Shown here one piece after another: positions 26,501 through 38,946 of a DNA stretch of 64,000 nt. Location of the stretch: contig CAJINV010000004.1 of the NCBI GenBank assembly GCA_905178155.1, positions 10,399,655 through 10,463,654 on the forward strand, given 5' to 3'. The first letter of the stretch is position 1; each line of letters opens with the position of its first letter. The stretch is from Amoebophrya sp. A120. Lineage: Eukaryota; Protista; Dinoflagellata. A program made the translations under genes and the position numbers. The notes beneath the pieces are model-generated. The model made no database searches. It was given only the letters and a program-made list of their open reading frames with translations, and was not told where the DNA came from.

Positions 26501-29500
26501 ATCACCCGGGCTGATCGCACGTCATCGGAGAAGGGGATGAAGTTGTTGAAGTTCCGCAGCTATCCTGTGCAAAAGTTTATAGTGTGCTCGTACTAATTGT
26601 AGCCACGCATGGCAAATCCAATCTTCTACCTGAAATAGCATGACAAATTGCAGTTTTATTTCTCTTGAGAAAATGATTTGCAATGCAATTCACACTAGCT
26701 AGTACGACCATACTTTTGCAAAAATGCATAGCAGCCATCGGCGCAGCGGGTAGCCGGTGATACACCAGACCATGTAGGGAACCAGGAAAGTCCCCGGGAC
26801 CAGCACCTCGTAGCCGGTCATGGACAAATACGTCTCTTCCCCGACGGTGTAATCGTCTAGGGAGTTCGTGAAGGAATTCGTTTTAGTACTTGTTGAGCCC
26901 GAAGATGAGGTGGACGATGAACTACTTCCGCCGTCTGATTTCATCTCCTTTTCCGCCCCAAAGTCGATGTCCGCAATGGTGAGAGAGGACCCGATCACCA
27001 AGTACAGGGAGAATGCCATGTTGAACATGGAAATCCCGGCGTAGGAGATCATGATGGCGGTTCGGAACCGGTCGGCGTACCGGAACGGCATGGTCTCCGA
27101 GTAGTAGTAAAACATGACCCCTACCACCCCGTTGCCCGAGGAAAACAAAATACCGAGCAGGGTCACGGTGAATTGCGTCGGCAGGGACTGCGCCTCGTTC
27201 AGGTAGTGAATGGTGTAGATGATCGACGGTGCGTACATCAGTAAGGCGTAGAAGAGAATCTGCCAGGAAAACTTCACGAACGGGCGGAGCCACTTGCGGT
27301 AAAACGACCGGCTCTGGTCGTAGTTGTCCCACAGGATATCCACCGGCTCGTTCTCCGCCCGGTCGATGCTGTAGTCGGCGAAGTTGTCCTCGAGCTTGGG
27401 GAAATGCTTCAGCAGGGCCTCCTCCGAGAGGCTGGCACTGTTCAGAAATTTTTGTTTTATTTGTTTCAGGAGAACAGCTCGTACATAGATGAATGAGTCT
27501 ACTGTCTGAGGCCGCGTTCTTTGAAGCAGAACTCGTATGACAACTGCATCAGGACTTGCTGTTCAGAATAATGAAAAATCCATTAGTTTGGCTATAGTAT
27601 TGGTCGACAACAGAATGCAACGATCACCGTCGCATCTTCCTCGAAAGCTGCAAGGCAATATTTTTACATTTCCGTAGGCCGGCCGCTGGCTGTGAGCCCA
27701 AATGCCACCGGGTCCTCTCCCTCGGAGGCCACCCTTTCGTATTCCTGTTTCCGCTCCTGCAACGGATGTTGCATCGCGCGGAGCGTGTTCACCACCCTGT
27801 CGACGTCTTTCTCCTTTTCGCACGCCAAAAAGGCCACGCCCGAGCTTTTCAGCTTGGAAAGCGCTTTAGCGATTTGCGTGGCCTCTTCTTCGCTGAAATC
27901 CGGCGCCACCAGACCTGTCTCCTCGCAGTACTTCAGCAGGTAACTGTCCCGATTCCTGTCGACGCCCGCAACGTGGAACACAGCAGAGACGAGACTCTGG
28001 TGCGAGTTCCCCACGTTCTCCGACTCGAGCGCCCGCCGTAGGTTTGGTGAATGAAAATTCGCGGAGGAAGTTGTGGGGCTAATGCTGTTATTCGACCTTT
28101 CATCTACTTCGTCGTTTTTCATGGTGCCGTCGTTCAAATCATTGCCTTCTTGCGTGGAGTTGTCCTCTTTTCGCTTCTTTTCTTTCAACGAAATCTCTTG
28201 CTTCTTTTCCAGCGCCTTCTGCCAAATTGCGGCGTTATGCGGCGTGACGAAGCACAGGAACCAGTCCCAGACGTACAGAAACCGGCTGGGCAGGTAGAAC
28301 TCGTGCAGGTTGTGGTGTCTTTGCGGAATCTGCCGCTCTACTGGCACCGCGTCGTCGTCCAGTGCCAGCGCCTGCACCGGCGACACCGCGGCCACGGTAG
28401 GGGTAGGCGGCTCCATGTTGATCGCGGGCCCCCGCATAGCCGTACTCGGGCCGGCCAAGCCGCCCGGCTGTTGGCGCGGAATCACCACGGAAGAAAAGTG
28501 CGCCGGGCCCCCGCGAGTGTTCTGACCGCCGGGTCGTGAAGCTTGGGACGCCATGGACGTCAGCGATTGGGACGCCAGCGGCGAGGAGGTGGATATTTGC
28601 CGCGGCAGCAGCGGCGCGCCGCCCCTTGGCGCAGCAGCACAACTATCTGGTGATTTGCTGTCCCCCCGCCGAAGCTGCTCCCGTTCCAGCCGCCACTGCT
28701 CCTGGCGGTAGAGACCGCGCAAAGACTTGACGTCTGCCCGCGCGAGGAGCCGTTCGGCGACCTGGCGAAAGGTGAGGTTCACGCCAGGGATCTTGTAGTC
28801 GGGCTCGTAGGCGTAGGCGATGGAGACGTTGAGCACCACGTCCTCGGCGTCCTGGAAGTTTTCGGCCTGCTTCAACCTCGCGTGGACCCACTGGAGCAGC
28901 TTTCCCGGGTCGGTCACGTCCGTGGGGAGCCCGCTTATCTCCACGCCGAAGTCGACGATGTTGGGGTGCGCGGCGTCAAACCTTTCCTCTTCCTTCTTTA
29001 TGAATTGCAAATACCGGTCTGGGTGGTCTGGAACACTGCAACGGACTTGCCATGCTGAGTCTGAGTCGTGCAAAATTCTGCGTTGCATGCTTACCAAGAG
29101 TTATCCACTTTTGAGTCGCGCACCATAGGCACGATAGCGATCGTCTCACAGAATCTGGCCTCCTAGGTCCCGCAGCATTCCAGCCTGATTTATATTTCTA
29201 ATTATGGGTCATGGAATAAAATAACCTGCATGACAATTCTTCCACTCTTCCAGGCCCAGACATAATATAATTTGCAGTTCATATTCTTTTGAATCGTCGC
29301 AAATATCAGCAGCGAGGCCACCGTGAAGACAAACAGAACGTAGCTAGCCCGCCGCGCGTCCTGCGCAAAGTTCAAACGTGCTTGCTGCAACCTTGGTTGA
29401 AAAGAAATGTCCGTGTCACTTCTGTGCGGGAAGCCGTAAAATGAATTACCAGCCGCACATACCCTCATCAAATATGCGATACTAGCTCAGGGTGTACTAC

Positions 29501-32500
29501 ATTGAGCACACAGTGTAGTGACTGACTGACTCGAGCATTTTTACCAGAAGAAATACGTTCTTACTTATACCCATTTGCAACGTTGGGCTCTCTGCGGAAG
29601 TATATCCTGAGTAAAAACGTACCCACACCATAGTTGTCATGCAACTCTGCATGCTTAAAATGTTTCTCATGCGGAGCCACATGAGAAGCATTTTCTAATG
29701 CGGTTTTGAAATTTGTCATGCTCCAATCAGCACGAGGCACTAGATCTGTAATGCTGCTAAACTAGCTCAAACAGCACTGCACTACGCGGACAAACTTGTC
29801 ATGCCAAACAACCAAAGCTGGCTGATTTGTCTAGCAGATTCCCCATCCTGACTCTGGTGTGGGTACGTTTTTACTCAGGATAAAGTACGTATCGGGGTCC
29901 GTTTGCGTTTTGATCCATCCAAATACGTCTTTCTATCCTGTGCAAAAGTATCGTACTCGTATTACAATCATGCATTACAAATCTTTCATTTAAGGTAAAT
30001 CCCCATTACAAACTTTATTTCTCATGCTGGGAAAATTTGTAATGCATTTATACGAGTACGATACTTTTGCAATGCATACTTTCGCTTCGGTACCAAGTTT
30101 CCCCCGCACGGTCTGGATGCCTTTCTCTACCTTGGTGAGACGCGAGAAAAAATCCGAACCAATTTTCGATGAATCATTCTCCTCTGCTTTTGCTTTTTCT
30201 GCATTCGAGCTGAGCAGCCTGTTGGGTTGTGTTGACCGGCGCAGCACGACTGTAGATGCAGAAGTGGAGAGCGACTTAGTTGTCGTGGCCGTCAACACTT
30301 CTGCCCTACTCATTATCGGCTCCTCGCTTTTCTGGTGTGCTACTTTTCCTTCTGGCAATTGTTCCGTCTCCACTTCTGGGACAGCCGCGACCGGCATTGG
30401 CGTCCTTTGCATCAAGTTAGTTCTCGAGAATCCGTACCCGTCCGTGTGCGGAAAAAGTCTACTCCACGGTGATGTCTTTGTCGTAGAGTTTGCGGCACCA
30501 GATCTGCTCATTCTGCTTGGTTCCACGACCTCCTTGTCAGAAATCGTCAACACGCCTTTGATGTTCTTCTCGAGGTCCGCATCTGCAATCTGCGGCAGCT
30601 CAGGTTGTAGTTCTACTTGCAAGTGACTACGAAAAAAATCTTGCAACTCCCTAGCACTCGCTGCGACATCCGAAGTTACATCCGCCTCCCCGCCAGAATT
30701 TTTAGCAGACGCTGCATTTCCTCCAGCACCCGACCCCGGCGGCCCCGTCCTGCCCACGTAGGTCTATCAACTGTAAAAGTGTCTGGGTCTGGAAGATTCT
30801 GACACTTGTCATGCACGTTTTGTATGAGCCCTGATGTCTGTGATGCATGCCCTAGCATCACAGATTTTTTGAGAGCTTCTTGATGCCTATTCCGCATGAC
30901 AAATGCCCTCTCCGCGTAGCAAAAATTACATTCCTTTTGGTACTCATGCAATACAGATTCTTCTGGAATCCAAATGCAGCATCACAAGTTGCATTCTTCC
31001 AGACCCAGACATTTTTACATTTGATAAGGTCAGCCCCTTCGCAATCCCGTCGTCCTTCAGGGCCGGACAGGCTTCCGGATAAGTATCACAGTGCACAACC
31101 CCCCCTCGCCCTCATTTGTCATGCAAAGTACCCAATCCACCCTTTGCCTCTTGGCACTGTTTGCATGACAAGTTCTGGTAGCCCAAATAGCACTACACTC
31201 CAGTGCAAATTTGTCATGCAAAACCGGCACTCTTGCTGATACTTGTATTGCTGTTCATGCACATGCTATACAAATGAGGGGGAGGGGGAGTTGTGCGCTG
31301 TCATAATAAGTCGCGAGAAACGCGAAGTCGGAGGAGATTTTGACGCAGTAGAGCAAGATACAGCACACCAGGGCCCACACCCCGAGGAACACCAGCCAGT
31401 TGTAGTACAGCGCGAGATATCGAATGTAAAAATGTCTGGGTCTGGAAGATTGCAACTTGTCATGGTAAATCTGAAGCATATAAAAATCTGTGTTGCACGA
31501 GTGCCAAAAGCTGTCCGCTTTTGACCAAGTTGGGCCGGAAATTCTCATGCAGAATAGGCATGGCAGAGACTTCGCAGAGTCTGTCAAGCTAAGTCCCGCA
31601 TTCCAGACCTAATGGGTCATGGAAAATCTGCATGACAAGCCTACACCCTTCCAGACCCAGACATTTTTACATTTGATACGAGACCGACGCCACACACGTA
31701 GTCCCGGTGCATGTTCGTGTTCCACACGCTCGCTTGTTCGATGATCAGCGCCGGCGGGGACACTTGGGGCGGATCGGTAGTCGTGGCACCTTGATTTGGA
31801 TCGTTTGTATAATCCGGCTCATTGCCCGGGACGGAAATTGCGAGCGCGCGGTTGTTTTCGGGCATCTGGTCGTTGGCGTTGAATGTGCTAGTATCTTTAT
31901 CGCGAGGAAAAATCCCCCCTCCCCATATTGACAGGGCACGTCTTCGCAAATTTGTGTTGCTGATTTGTTACCACAAATGGCGTCTGTCTTGCAGGGAGGC
32001 AACTCCACAGGCTCCGCCGCATTATACGGCGGTTTGTCATGCTGTTGGGCCTACAGCACGAACGTTTTTCATGCCAAGTGCCTAGGCCAAAACCTGTCTA
32101 CTCCGGCTTGATATGGGCCTGCAGTCCTCTCCAGAAAGACAAATCCGATTTGTGTACGCAAATCCAGCATCAGAAACTTCGTTTCGATATGAAGAGGGGG
32201 GATTCTTCCCTTTGATATTCCTCGTCGTCCTCTTCGGACCGGTCGGTTAACTCCCCCCGGTCGATCGTTGCCCGCTCCTTCTCATCCTCTTCGAGCGTCA
32301 GGCGCAGCTGATTCTTGTTCGACGAGGACGCGACGGTACTACTAGCGCCTTGGGCTGTCGTTTTTGCACCGGTCGCTATTTGCGTCTGGATCACTCGGGT
32401 TTGCTGCCCGTCGCCGCTGTCTATGAGGTCCTCGCTCTTGTTCTTGCAAGGAAAAATCCCCCCTCCCCGTATCAAAAGGAAGTTTCTGATGCTGGATTTG

Positions 32501-33947
32501 CGCACACAAATCAGGTCTGTCTTGCAGTAGAGGACTGCAGGCCCACGCCAAGCCTAAGTAGAAGGGCTTTGACGTAGGCGCGTAGCATGGCAAATGTGTA
32601 CTCTTTAGGCCAGATAGCATCACAAACCGACTGGATACTGTGGCGGAGTCGCTGGATTGGCCTTCTTGCAACACAGAGACGATTTGTGTCCACAAACCAG
32701 CATCGCAAATTTTCACAAGTATCCCTTTTTGGTATGGAGAGGGGGGATTTTTCCTCACGATACTTGTCCCCAGCCTGCTGGACCATGTTGAACTCCTTGA
32801 TCACGTAGGGTTATCAAATGCAAAAATGTCTGGGTCTGGAAGATTCTGAGACTTGGTTGGTTGGTTGGTTGGATAGCGCCTGTCGCCGGTGCAGGTCCCG
32901 CCCTCCATCGATTGCGATCCGGAGTAGCCGGAACACAAGGCCCTAGTGGCACAATCGATCGACGAAGCCCTTTATAACCAGGTCACGGACATCCGGCTGC
33001 CGTGGAGTCACTTGTCATGCAGGTTTTGCATGAGTCTTGATGTCTGTGATGCGTGCCCTAGCATCACAAATTTTTTGAGAGATTCTCGATGTTGCCTATT
33101 CCGCATTACAACAAATGCCCTCTCTGCGTAGCAAAAATCACACTCCCTTTGCAGCTCATGCAATACAGATTTTTTTGCAATCCAAATGCAGCATCACAAG
33201 TTGCACTCTTCCAGACCCAGACATTTTTGCATTTGATAAGGGTTTGCACCGCACGATGTGCTTTCGAATGCACTCCTGAATCAGCTCGCGCGCCACCGGC
33301 CGCCACATCTTCATGCAGGTGGCGGGCAACAGCAACACCACCGCGGTCAGGATAAAGATGGTGAAGTACTGGCCAAAATTGGTCTCGAACACATACACGC
33401 ACGTCCCGGTTCTCTCGTCCAACCGAAAAACCGGCTCCTTGCACTTGTGGCACTTGCCCGCCCGGTGCGGGTCGCAGTGCGCGCAGCCGATCGCCTCGCA
33501 GGGCTGGCAGCGGTGCGCAGTGCTGTTCGGGAACGAGAAGCTCGGCCCGTTGCGGTGGCGGCACTGCTCCTCCTTGACGCAGCTGGCAACACACGGGAAG
33601 TAGGGATCGCCATCGACGAAGGGGCATTCGGGGGGGCAGAGCTGGGCGAGGCTGGCCTGGTTCTTGCACGTGCTGTAGTGCGGAGTGTGACAGGTGACCT
33701 GGAAGGAATCGGTGGACACGAGAAACCCACAAAGCTCCTCTTTATTCGTGAGGGCGGAGGTGTCCGCAACCGCATCTTGGTGCTCTTGTTCGCTGGCAGA
33801 TGGAGCTTCTGGTGAACCGGCCACAGCATCGGCCACCGCTACTGTAGTAGTACCAAGAAGAGCGGTAGTTTCATCTACCCCGGTGCCGGCGACGACGGCG
33901 CGCCAATACAACAGCGATAGGAGAGTTTTAGGCAACGGAATCGCCAT
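23588..33947 (-). CDS. OSCA/CSC1 (TMEM63)-like multi-pass membrane channel with Cys-rich N-terminal ectodomain; 12 introners and 3 GT-AG introns
   Basis: Reconstructed continuous frame contains GVGL|ALYYNWL, DFGVEISGLP, SSGVAFL, EPVDILWDN, many TM segments and TNPVM|VLRS; ends with THxxVTAKIAx repeats and EFPKD*. Confidence 0.75.
23802..24068. mobile_element. Introner family A
   Basis: TSD TGGCT; joins TQA|KEYGK. Confidence 0.92.
24173..24339 (-). other. Canonical GT-AG intron
   Basis: GTACAA...ATCAG; joins EGKQ-YLLPN. Confidence 0.7.
24679..24941. mobile_element. Introner family A (left terminus mutated to TCTC)
   Basis: TSD CCATC; joins NPVM|VLRS. Confidence 0.9.
26561..26730. mobile_element. 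Introner family C (diverged)
   Basis: TATCCTGTGCAAAAGT...ACTTTTGCAAAAATGCATA; TSD GCAGC; joins RWL|RNFNNF. Confidence 0.88.
27438..27667 (-). other. Canonical GT-AG intron
   Basis: GTAAAA...AACAG; joins PTE-I-ASLSEE...EPVDILW. Confidence 0.7.
28999..29283. mobile_element. Introner family A (diverged)
   Basis: TATGAATTGCAAA...TTTGCAGTTCATA; TSD TTCTT; joins IQK|KEEERF. Confidence 0.85.
29464..29570 (-). other. Probable GT-AG intron
   Basis: GTATAA...ATGAG; joins VAN-G-VCAAG. Confidence 0.55.
29603..29882. mobile_element. Introner family B
   Basis: TATCCTGAGTAAAAACGTACCCACACCA TIR; TSD AAGTA. Confidence 0.92.
29934..30078. mobile_element. Introner family C
   Basis: TSD CTTTC; joins EAK|DVFGW. 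Confidence 0.92.
30765..31026. mobile_element. Introner family A
   Basis: TSD AGGTC; close relative of 15935-16196. Confidence 0.92.
31084..31305. mobile_element. Introner family D
   Basis: TIR TATCACAGTGCACAACCCCCCCTCGCCCTCATTTGT; TSD ATAAG; joins LATY|PEAC. Confidence 0.9.
31418..31678. mobile_element. Introner family A
   Basis: TSD CGAGA; joins GVGL|ALYY. Confidence 0.92.
31898..32217. mobile_element. Introner family E
   Basis: TATCGCGAGGAAAAATCCCCCCTCCCCATAT TIR; diverged TSD ATCTT/TTCCT; frame restored. Confidence 0.82.
32442..32762. mobile_element. Introner family E
   Basis: TSD CTTGT; left terminus TCTT; joins GDK|SEDL. Confidence 0.88.
32812..33238. mobile_element. Introner family A with nested 154-bp insertion
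   Basis: TSD AGGGT; joins CKP|YVIKEF. Confidence 0.92.
32856..33009 (-). mobile_element. Nested retroposon-like fragment with (CCAA)n 3' tail
   Basis: Absent from sister copies; flanked by ACTTG duplication (32851-32855, 33010-33014); (GGTT)4 at left end. Confidence 0.6.
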
Positions 33948-34517
33948 GGTCGGTATAGTACTGTTAACGTGGACGTACACCGAGCTCGGGAAAATGCTCC
34001 GTCGACGTGACCATGTCGTTCATTCAAAGCAGCTACATCGACCGCGCATAAGGCGGAATGGTCAAACTTTTTTACACAACGACTGCTTTATTTCGGAACG
34101 CTCCTGAAGTTCTCATTCATTTACTTCTGTCCCTCCTCGACAGATGGTGTCCTGCGCGTGCAACCTTCACTTGCGGTTGCAGCGCCGCTCTGCAATCGTA
34201 CGTTTCCGTTTCAAAAAAAAGTAATCGCTCGAAACTTGCTCGCAGCCTTGCTTTCACGATCACGGACGACTCCAGCTTGTTATAATACACAGCAGAGCCA
34301 GCTGCCGGCGGAACCAGCTAGTAGCACAGCCGGCTTTTGATGGCAAAACAGGGTTCCTGAATAAGATAACAGAAACTTGACATCACCACCTTCGCAGCAC
34401 ACATGTGCGCAAAACTCGGTCAGCGTCGTTACTTTGATGCGCGTCTCCACGTGTACAGTGCACTTGTTTTACATGGTCAAATAGCAACTGCAGACATTCG
34501 AAATAAAATCATCCTAT

Positions 34518-35243
34518 TTACAGTTCAGTGTCAGTGTCCGTCCCTTTCAACAAAGACCGCCGTGGGTGGCTGTCAAAACTTAATCCCTTGTCCTTGTGCG
34601 CATGACAGTACGGTGTGTGTCCATTTCCCTCGTAGTAGTTCTGGTGGTATTCTTCAGCCGGCCAAAATGTGTGGTCCTGGGCTCGGTGCGTTTTGTAAGT
34701 GGTCGCGACCTGATAAAAATGATCACATAGCTAATCTTCTAAAACTTGTTCGGTTCCCACGCAAAAGTCACCGTGTTTCATCAAAATTACAAGCTACAGA
34801 AGTTCTATTCATGCCGAGTTGTACATTCGCAGCAGGAGGAATAGAAAAAATATGTCAAATTCTTCTATGTATACCTTCACTCCCTTTCCCTCGAGCTGGC
34901 GCACGAAGAATTCGATGTCTTGGCGCTCTTCGTCACTGCTCCACCATATCCTTGACGCGTACTGCGGGCCGACGTCCGGGCCTTGTCTGTCCACCTGCGC
35001 AGGGTCATGAATTTCAAACAGGAATTTTACCAACTCCGCGTACGAAATCGCTGCCGGGTCGTACTCTATCTTTACCGCTTCGAGGTGCCCCGACCTGCCG
35101 GTGGACACTTGTTTGTAGCTCGGGTTTTTGGAAGCGCCCCCCATGTATCCGGATTCCACGGTTTTCACGCCGTCAAGCTTCTCAAAGAGAAACTCCACGC
35201 CCCAGAAACAACCGGCGGCGAAATATGCAAACGCGGAGACCAT
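34518..35243 (-). CDS. msrA: Peptide methionine sulfoxide reductase A (GT-AG intron 34710-34874)
   Basis: GCFWG, GYMGG, GHLEAV, QGPDVGPQYAS, and FWPAEEYHQNY after the intron. Confidence 0.95.
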
Positions 35244-35952
35244 TTTGATTCACGAATTGTAATAGTGAGGGAAGTAAGTAGATGATGAAGTGGGCGAGAT
35301 AAGTCCCGCTATGTCTCTTGTACGAAGATGAAGTAGGACGGTTTTCAAACAAAACTCTCAAAAAACACCATCAATTTCTCGTCGATATTATGTCCGTTCA
35401 TGATCTGCTCTTTCAAGATTATACACGTAAGTACCAAGAAGAAACCACTGCGAAACCGCGAGGCTGCGTTTGAAAATTGCACAAGAAGGAGCTCCACGTG
35501 GAAAGAGAGGAACGCTTCATCGGGTATTTGTAGCACAAGCGGCGGCCCCTCTCGTTCCTTACGAGAGAGGCCAATGAAGATAATGTCTTCCCTACTTCTG
35601 GTTCTGCAGCACCGAAAATACAACAATTGTCCAAACTTCTTACAGAGTCCGCTTGCTTGTACAGCTTGAGCCGCTGAAGAAACCTCAACTTCCGTGCAAT
35701 TTCAACATCAATTTCTGTGCATCAAAATCTGTCATAGTCATGCTTCTAGACACTAGTTTTGTAAAATACAACGATAAACTACTTACTTACTTGGTAGAGG
35801 AAGGTGTCGCGCATCTTCCCACTCCTCTGAGTTTGATGTCTCGGGTCTGTAGCTGCTGCTGTTTTTTCTAAATAAATCATACATACATTCACACCAAACC
35901 GAAACACCGAACAAGTAGAATTCTATTCAGTGTAAATTTCTTCACGACCTCC

Positions 35953-38406
35953 TCAGTGCGGGTTAAAAGCGTGCCACAAAAACCACTTGTAATCATCGCC
36001 GAGCGAGTAGTCAAACTGCAATTCTTCGCCCGCCTTCGTCTCCCGGATGACGCGGAGCATGAACTCCTTTCGGTCCACGGCGGTACCGTACCCCAAATTC
36101 GGATTCTTGTGATCGTGATTGCACAGGTCCATCAGCGGCGCCAGCTTGTCGTCAAAGTTCCGACTTTCCACAAGCGCAAACGCGGTGAGGAAACTTCGGA
36201 AGGACGGAATGTACACCTGGGTCCGGAAAAACTCCTCGGGGGCGATCGTGACCCGCTTGTTTGTCGTGCTCGTCCCGAGGTCGTGCTTTTTCCGCCCGCT
36301 TTTCTCGAATAAAAGCAGGTCCGCGAGCTCGCTCGGCTCGTTACTTTTAGTTCCCTCCGGGCCGTTGATACCTGGAAGTACAAATAGAACCATGATCATG
36401 TCGACAGGCTTTTCATCTTGTCGATTTCATATTTTTCGATTAGACATAATCATAGAGCTGAACAATGCTTTCTCATCTTTTGTTCGTCTTCGTTTGTTCA
36501 AAAAAAAACACAACAACAGGAAGTAGACGCCGTTCTTCTGGTCGTTCTTTTCTATTGGGATCATCATCATCAGCATCATCATCATCATCCATGGTGCAGT
36601 AGGTGTCCTAGTGTAGTATGTAAGTCAAATGAAAATTATAGCCGAAAAGACGACAACCTTCGTACCGAGCTTCTTTGCGATCCGTGGCAGTTTTGTTTCG
36701 AAGACTTCGTCGCGGAGGTAGTCCGAAATCAAGGCGCAAACCGTGTCGTAGACGAGCCGCAAGTACTGCTTTTTGTTGAGCGTCATGTCGCGGAACCAGG
36801 CGGCTGACTTTCCCTGCACGTTGTGTTTCCGCAGTGGCGTCTCCCAAGCCTCCCGGTCCACCAGCTTCTCGTCGCTCCACAGCAGCGGCACCTCGTCCAA
36901 GTGCGCCGGCAGGGAGTCGTAGTAGGGGCGAAAAGAGAAGTCGGGCGGGACCGCCCCGCCCGGGGGGAACTGGTCCGAGAACAAAAGGGTCAGCGCGAGT
37001 TGCAGCGTCTCGTCGTGGATGTCAATTAGCAGCTCCTCCTGTTTGTTTCCTTTTTCCCGAATCACCTTCGGGGCGCCCCGACCCCAGGTATCGGCTGGGG
37101 CGAACGCCTTGTACAGCCCCCGGAACAGCATCTGGCCCACCGGAGTTTGCTGGAAGGTCTTTGTGTTCAGCGTCAGGTAGCTGGGCAGGGCCACCGCGAT
37201 GGTGTACAGGCCTAGCGGTTCGGTCGTGATGAGGGAAATGCCTCCCTTCTCCGGGTTGTACACTGGACGTATCGCGGGGTGAAACGTGCCACCGTTTTCC
37301 AGCACCCAATTCATCAGGGCGTGCGCAGCGGAAACGCGGTCTCTCGGATCACCGGAAAGCGGGCCGCAGGGCCGCATAGCGCACGCGAAAGGGCTGAGGA
37401 TCTCGGATTCATCATGTTCGTCCGCTGAGGTCGTGCTTGTAGCTGTGCTGTTTTGGCTACTAGTAGAAGTAGTTGCACGCGGCCCTAGTACCGCCGGCGA
37501 ATTTTTTTTCACCGCGAGCTGCCCAAAGACCCCGTCGGCCCTTTTCAGCGCTTCCACGAGCCGCTCGGTGTCCGATTGCAGCGGTTTCAAAGTCTGCGGG
37601 TCTAGCACTTCGGCCGAAAAGTAGTGGTCCTCGAAAGTAGATATCCAAGGAAAAAAGTGTCACAGTTACACATTTGTAGTGAATTCAGCATCACAAATTT
37701 GCCTCGCATGACGGAGAAAACTTGTAATGCAGAGGTCATAAGGCAAAACACACAGACAACGAGACTCGCAAGCATTTTGCGCATGACAGAGGTCGTTTGT
37801 CTTGCATGTTTTGCAACACAATGTGTAACTGTAACACTTTTCTCTTTGCATAGTAGAGGCAGCGGGATTCGTGTTGTCCTTGAAAGGGAATATCGTGAGA
37901 AAAAAGTGTTTCACTGTAAACTTGTAATGCGGAAAATGTATCTCACAAGTGTTTGTCTTGCTACACATGCAAGACAGTGGGATTTTACCTGCGTTTTCCC
38001 GTAGGAACCTGGCATGGCAACTTTTCGCCGTCATGTAGAACAAACTTGTGATGCAAAACCTGCAACATCCTTTTACAGTGAAACTCTTTTTTCTCAAGAT
38101 AGGAGAGAAAGCAAAATTATTTTTCTTGGTCGCCTCCACGGGGTCGTTCCCCGCTGATTTCTTGTCAAGCCGCACCACCACCTCCATCGGCCTCAATTCC
38201 CGGCGATCGCAAGGCGGGCAGTTGCACTTCGGGCACTCGGTGGGCAGAAACGTCGGAGAAAAACAAATTCCAACAGCCAGGGACACCGCGGCGATCGCCA
38301 ACGCGACGAACCAGCTGTGGCCGCTCTTCTGCTCGCGCGGCGGGCGCATCGGGGGTCCAGCGGAAAGACGCCGAAGCCCGTCCTTCTGTCCAAGGGTAAT
38401 CGTCAT
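35953..38406 (-). CDS. SET-domain lysine methyltransferase (Rubisco-LSMT/SETD3-like) with N-terminal TM anchor; 2 introners and GT-AG intron 36372-36665; 3' end uncertain
   Basis: NWVLENGG, FRPYYDSLP, PLLWSDE, VESRNF, LAPLMDLCNH, KAGEELQFDY; joins FSP|FKDNTNPAAST|FEDHYFSAEVLDP. Confidence 0.85.
37642..37852. mobile_element. Introner family F
   Basis: TATCCAAGGAAAAAAGTGTCACAGTTACACAT TIR; TSD GTAGA. Confidence 0.9.
37891..38101. mobile_element. Introner family F-like
   Basis: TATCGTGAGAAAAAAGTGTTTCACTGTAAA TIR; TSD GGGAA/GGAGA. Confidence 0.85.
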
Positions 38407-38946
38407 GGTGTTGTAATTCGGCGAAAAATGTAGGTTAGTCTTAATTTTAAACAATCTTCAACATCCGCTGTAGAATTAAATCTAAATCCTTCTCTCGTGA
38501 CAGCATTATCGCGCCGTGTGGATAAGGTGAGCGATGAAAATAAGTATCGTCTTGGTACCTTTTGACAGTCCAAAGCCAAGACAAAGACTCAGCCATGATA
38601 ACACCTTTCCAGCCACGTACTTCACCCCTGCCGATTCGTAAGCACGATCAGAAATTCCACGAAAGGACCCACAAGTGTTGTTCCATAGACGATTTTTTCC
38701 GATGTGGTTATCGCTCTTTGGAGTAACGTCCGCGTATACAGTCGTCTTGTCAAAACGACTCAAGAACGATTGATTACCGAAAAAGAACGCTCTTGCCGAT
38801 GAGGTGCCCCTTGCAATCGAATTTTCGTCGGAGAAAATCTTGTGAAGCGGATCACTTTCCACGCCTTTCCCCGGCGATTACAAGTGTGCTGGCGCACGAT
38901 CGGTAAATCCAATCGTAAAAGGTGGCAGGCACATAAACCATTCCCG

